NCBI RefSeq assembly: GCF_001194135.2 | Contig: NC_068998.1 | Location: forward strand, 18,211,308-18,250,716 | Reading direction: 5' to 3' | Length of the DNA stretch: 39,409 bases | Origin: Octopus bimaculoides | Taxonomy: Eukaryota | Part shown: positions 35,678-39,409 of the stretch, one piece after another | How positions within the stretch are numbered: the first letter of the stretch is position 1 | How the letters are laid out: the number at the start of each line of letters is the position of its first letter | Translations under genes and position numbers: made by a program | The notes under the pieces: model-generated | Database searches by the model: none | Told to the model about the DNA's origin: nothing | The model's input: only the letters and a program-made list of their open reading frames with translations

Positions 35678-36779
35678 TAGAAAACTCTGCCCAATCTGAT
35701 TGGTATAAGCCTTAATCAACTACATCTATGATCAAAGGTTTTCTAGTTAAAACCCTGTTGTACTTGTTTTATTTTTCATTTTTCAAATGCTGTATCTAAA
35801 GTTATGTAATCCAATGTCCTTTGTTTTTTAAAAAACAGTTAAGGAAAGTTTGTTGCTATTTGAGGAGAAAAAAAAACTACAGGCTTAACTTTAATGATTA
35901 ATTCTAGTCAAGAAATATATGGGAGACTACTCTGATATTCAAACTATTTAATAATTTAATGAGGAGTAAGCCTGATCTTTTGACCAGTACAGTGATAACA
36001 CCAGATATGTTTCAGTCTTATTAGATGCTCTTCAGCAATGTCTATTTATGACCTGATAAATAAAACTTGTAAAACTTGCTTAACAACTCTAACATCAATT
36101 ATCTGAAGTTGTTGCTGTAGTCGTCACCAAAGAGCAAACACATTACTCACTTCAAACCCTCAGCTTAATTTTTGTAATTAATTTAGATTCAAGTATTGTC
36201 CTCTTTCCTTTTATTGCCCATCCATAATTAATCAACAAAGCTAATTTTGTTTTATTGTTTTTATAGGTGTAATTCTAAGTAATCAAACAACTTTCTGGAT
36301 CACTGCATTAAGTATGCCAGCCACACCTGCAATTAACTATATTTCTTATTTTATTTCATTTGATTTTTTGTTTCAAAAGGTAACTCTGAATGATTCCCTC
36401 CCCAACACCCAGTCATTCCTTAAAGAGAGCGTGAACATGCAAGATTGATTATGAGAAAATGTACAGATTTGGTAGACAGAAACTGAGAGAAGCCTGTCAT
36501 GTATATATATATATATATATAAAACAATGCGTCCTGCCCTACTCTTTGAAACGCCTGTGTTAGAATGGGGGTAGCTGATGAAGGAAAATGTTCTCTATGT
36601 GGCCTGTGTGTTTTCTGTACTCTGGTTATTATTATTTTCTTGTCTACGTTTTGTTTGCAATGTCCTGTACCCAGATATGCACCTATATATATTGGTGGAT
36701 GCAGCTATGCACATACTTGTACGTATATATGCATATACTCATTTATCATTTGTTATATATATATATATATATATACACA

Positions 36780-36910
36780 TGAGGAGCTGCTGAAAAGTTC
36801 CTGGCTTTGGGTAAAAGAAAATACAGGAGGATCAGTTAATTATGATTTTATTGAACATATTCCCCTCTCAGATTCACACGCTTATTGCAGCATGATTCTC
36901 TATTTTTCAA
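36780..36910 (-). mobile_element. Mariner transposon 3' end remnant
   Basis: Minus strand encodes CCNKRVNLRGEYVQ-stop, like the mariner transposase C-terminus (KCVxLxGDYVEK). It is followed by a TIR-like end reading TGAGGAGCTGCTGAAAAGTT on plus (mariner CGAGGG..AAAAGTT), next to a TA run. Confidence 0.7.
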
Positions 36911-37117
36911 GGGCAAGTAGCTGGTAGTTGAGAGAAACTGAAGTATTTTGAGGTTTTGAAAANNNNNNNNNNNNNNNNNNNNNNNNNNNNNNNNNNNNNN
37001 NNNNNNNNNNNNNNNNNNNNNNNNNNNNNNNNNNNNNNNNNNNNNNNNNNGAGTATGTGAGTTTGTCAAGATGGTGAGACCTTGCATTTGGAAGGAACTT
37101 GAAATTTTAGTTATGAG

Positions 37118-37170
<53 letters not shown>

Positions 37171-37751
37171 TGTGTTCTAGATAGAAAGGGAAGGGAGGCG
37201 ATATTGAAGGAAACAAGACTGACATGAGCCCATTGAATGATATTTTAAGGGATCTCTATTCAATGGATTCCCTAAAGTTTGGTCTGAGTGTTTAGAATGG
37301 ATGCGGATGACATATGGAGGCAAAAGGTTAGGGAGTATTGAAAGATGGTGGTATCATCTATGCCTGAGTGAGTTTCTTTGGAAGTAACAGCAAGTTATTT
37401 CTCTAATGACTTTTGAAGAAGCATGGGAACCACAACTTATCACAGTCCTTCTTCATAAAGAGCTTAAGGGAAAACCGGTCAAATTTCTCTCAAATCACAC
37501 ATCATTGCCTTTAAGAGAAAAGGGACACAGTGATTTATATAAGTCCTTGATGTAATAGGTATGAAAAACAAAAGAAAAAAAGAAGGATGCAATGGGATGC
37601 CTTTGAGCATAAGTCTGTTGAATCAGAATGTGCTGAAGCTAGACAGTTTCTTCCTCTCAAATCTTCAGGTTTCATGTCTATGTGAAGAAACGATTATTAA
37701 AACTAAGGATAGATGAAGATACAGTAGAAAAGCATTGACAAATTTCACTAA

Positions 37752-37920
37752 GGCGCAGGAGTGGCTGTGTGGTAAGTAGCTTGCTTACCAACCACATGGT
37801 TCTGGGTTCATTTCCACTGCGTCGCACCTTGGGCAAGTGTCTTCTAGTATAGCCTCGGGCCAACCAAAGCCTTGTGAGTAGATTTGGTAGACGGAAACTG
37901 AAAGAAGCCTGTCGTATATG

Positions 37921-37973
<53 letters not shown>

Positions 37974-38180
37974 ATATGTTTGTGTATCTGTCCCCCCCCC
38001 CAACATCGCTTGACAACCGATGGTGGTGTGTTTATGACACCGTAACTTAGCGGTTCGGCAAAAGAACGATAGAATAAGTACTAGGCTTACAAAGAATAAG
38101 TCCTGGGGTCGATTTGCTCGACTAAAGGCGGTGCTCCTGCATGGCCGCAGTCAAATGACCGAAACAAGTAAAAGAGTAAA
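37752..38180 (+). mobile_element. tRNA-head SINE family 1, near full-length young copy
   Basis: Head GGCGCAGGAGTGGCTGTGTGG (A box) and GGTTCATTTCC (B box), CORE-like caccttgggcaagtgtctt, internal (TA)/(TG) microsatellite, 3' module aataagt..ggggtcgatttgctcgac and (GAGTAAAA)-type tail. Many copies in the window. Confidence 0.9.
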
Positions 38181-38427
38181 GGCCTACAATAAATTTACTT
38201 TAGAATACGGTTTCCGGGGGAAGACCCAAGGTGGGGGGGGGTAGCTGAGGAGTACGTGCCCCCTCAAGAAAAGAAGTGCGCCCTTCTAAATAATGTTATT
38301 ACGCCCTTTTGTTCTGGAATTCTATTCCCTTCTAACCGTGTGCCCTCTCTTCGAAAAATTCCTGGGACCACGCCTGGTTTCAATACCCAGCTAAATGCCC
38401 TGCTTGAAAATACTTCGCTTTGCTTAC

Positions 38428-38511
38428 ATCTTTAATGCGCTTCGGTAGAGCCTGAGGCTCTGTATCTAAATTTCTATTGGATGGATTATCCGGCGGAGGT
38501 AAAGAATACAT
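38428..38511 (-). CDS. Candidate first coding exon of an unidentified gene
   Basis: ATG-initiated 28 codons MYSLPPPDNPSNRNLDTEPQALPKRIKD ending in phase 0 at a gtaagc donor, in locally CpG-richer non-SINE sequence. No homologue recognised and no confirmed next exon. Confidence 0.3.
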
Positions 38512-38539
38512 ACACCACCCGTTTTCAGCGTAACAAAAA

Positions 38540-38557
38540 CCCTAACCCTAACCCTAA
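38540..38557 (-). repeat. (TTAGGG)3 telomere-type repeat
   Basis: CCCTAA x3 on the plus strand. Confidence 0.9.
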
Positions 38558-39409
38558 ACACCGGTTGTAGTCAACACAAAACTACATATTCCTTTCAGCA
38601 AACGTTAATTTCTGCACCAAAACAGGATTTACTTTGAACTAATCGAGTCAAGTAGGAAGAAGTCAACGTAGTCATTCAAATGCTAGAAATAGCAGCAATT
38701 CCTTCAATCCCACTACGTCTTTAAAAAATACATATAAGATTATGCAGTGTCTCATATCCTTAAGATGAGGTTATAATGGTTTGTAATTTTGGCATAAGGC
38801 CAGCAGTTTCGATGGGGTAGAGGACACTAGTCGATACCATCAACCTCAGTACTTAATTCTTAAGGTTAAATAACAACAGCCTTAAAAACAATTGCCTGGA
38901 AAGCTATTCTTCTCTTCTCTCTCTCTCTCTGTCACAATTCCGCTTCAAAACTTTTCTTTGTATCATTCCGGGTACTGTTAGGGTTAATGTTTACTTTAAC
39001 ACCCGACAACCAAAACCCCCCAAAAAAGTGTAATAGGTGTTTTACAAAATGTATATTAAATGAATATGAAAACAAAAATTGGGACCAACGAACCGGGGAT
39101 GGGGAGAGGATTTTCGGAAAATTCACAAGATCCGATTTTTTTCTCTCATAACTTTTAGGAAAACCAATATCTTTTAATGAAAGTTTATACAAATACCTTT
39201 CAAACGGCATAGATTACGATTATAAAGAAATTCGTGGGGAAAATTTTTTTCCGAGGGGGTGAGGAGGGGACTTTTAAAGAGAAGGAAATTCATAAATTGT
39301 TGTCTTTTTTTTGCTACAGTAAAATGGAAAAAAGTTTGAAAAAAATTTTTTAGATTCATTTATTTTTCGTTTGAGTAATAGAAAAGGGTTTTTGAAAAGA
39401 TCCCCACGG

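Noticed and set aside
36530-36720. CTGATGA and GAAACGC motifs in a (TA)-flanked insert, possible third hammerhead
   Set aside because: The order and pairing do not build helices I-III, and the AGG...CCT stem is not followed by GAAA. It may still be a retroelement fragment.

Overview
AT-rich, microsatellite- and retroposon-dense animal genomic DNA with 8 N-gaps. The SINE repertoire looks like a coleoid cephalopod, probably Octopus; this is inference, not a database hit. The only firmly supported gene is sulfide:quinone oxidoreductase (SQOR/SQRDL) on the minus strand. Five GT-AG exons (10214-10384, 7013-7066, 4752-4949, 2335-2438, 358-466) splice in frame to 212 aa that align by eye to the middle of animal SQOR, including the catalytic K-C-x-G-A-P-Q-K motif. 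The 5' exon(s) were not found and the 3' exons lie left of the window. The rest is intronic/intergenic: at least five SINE-like families, RTE-LINE and mariner remnants, hAT- and piggyBac-type MITEs (several nested), a foldback palindrome, minisatellites, and two short microsatellite-embedded inserts carrying truncated hammerhead-ribozyme-like cores (Penelope-type). A possible orphan first coding exon sits at 38428-38511 next to (TTAGGG)3. I found no convincing wholly new biological system. Nearly all ORFs in the supplied track are artefacts of N-gaps, microsatellites or SINEs. Repeat boundaries are approximate unless a TSD/TIR is quoted.
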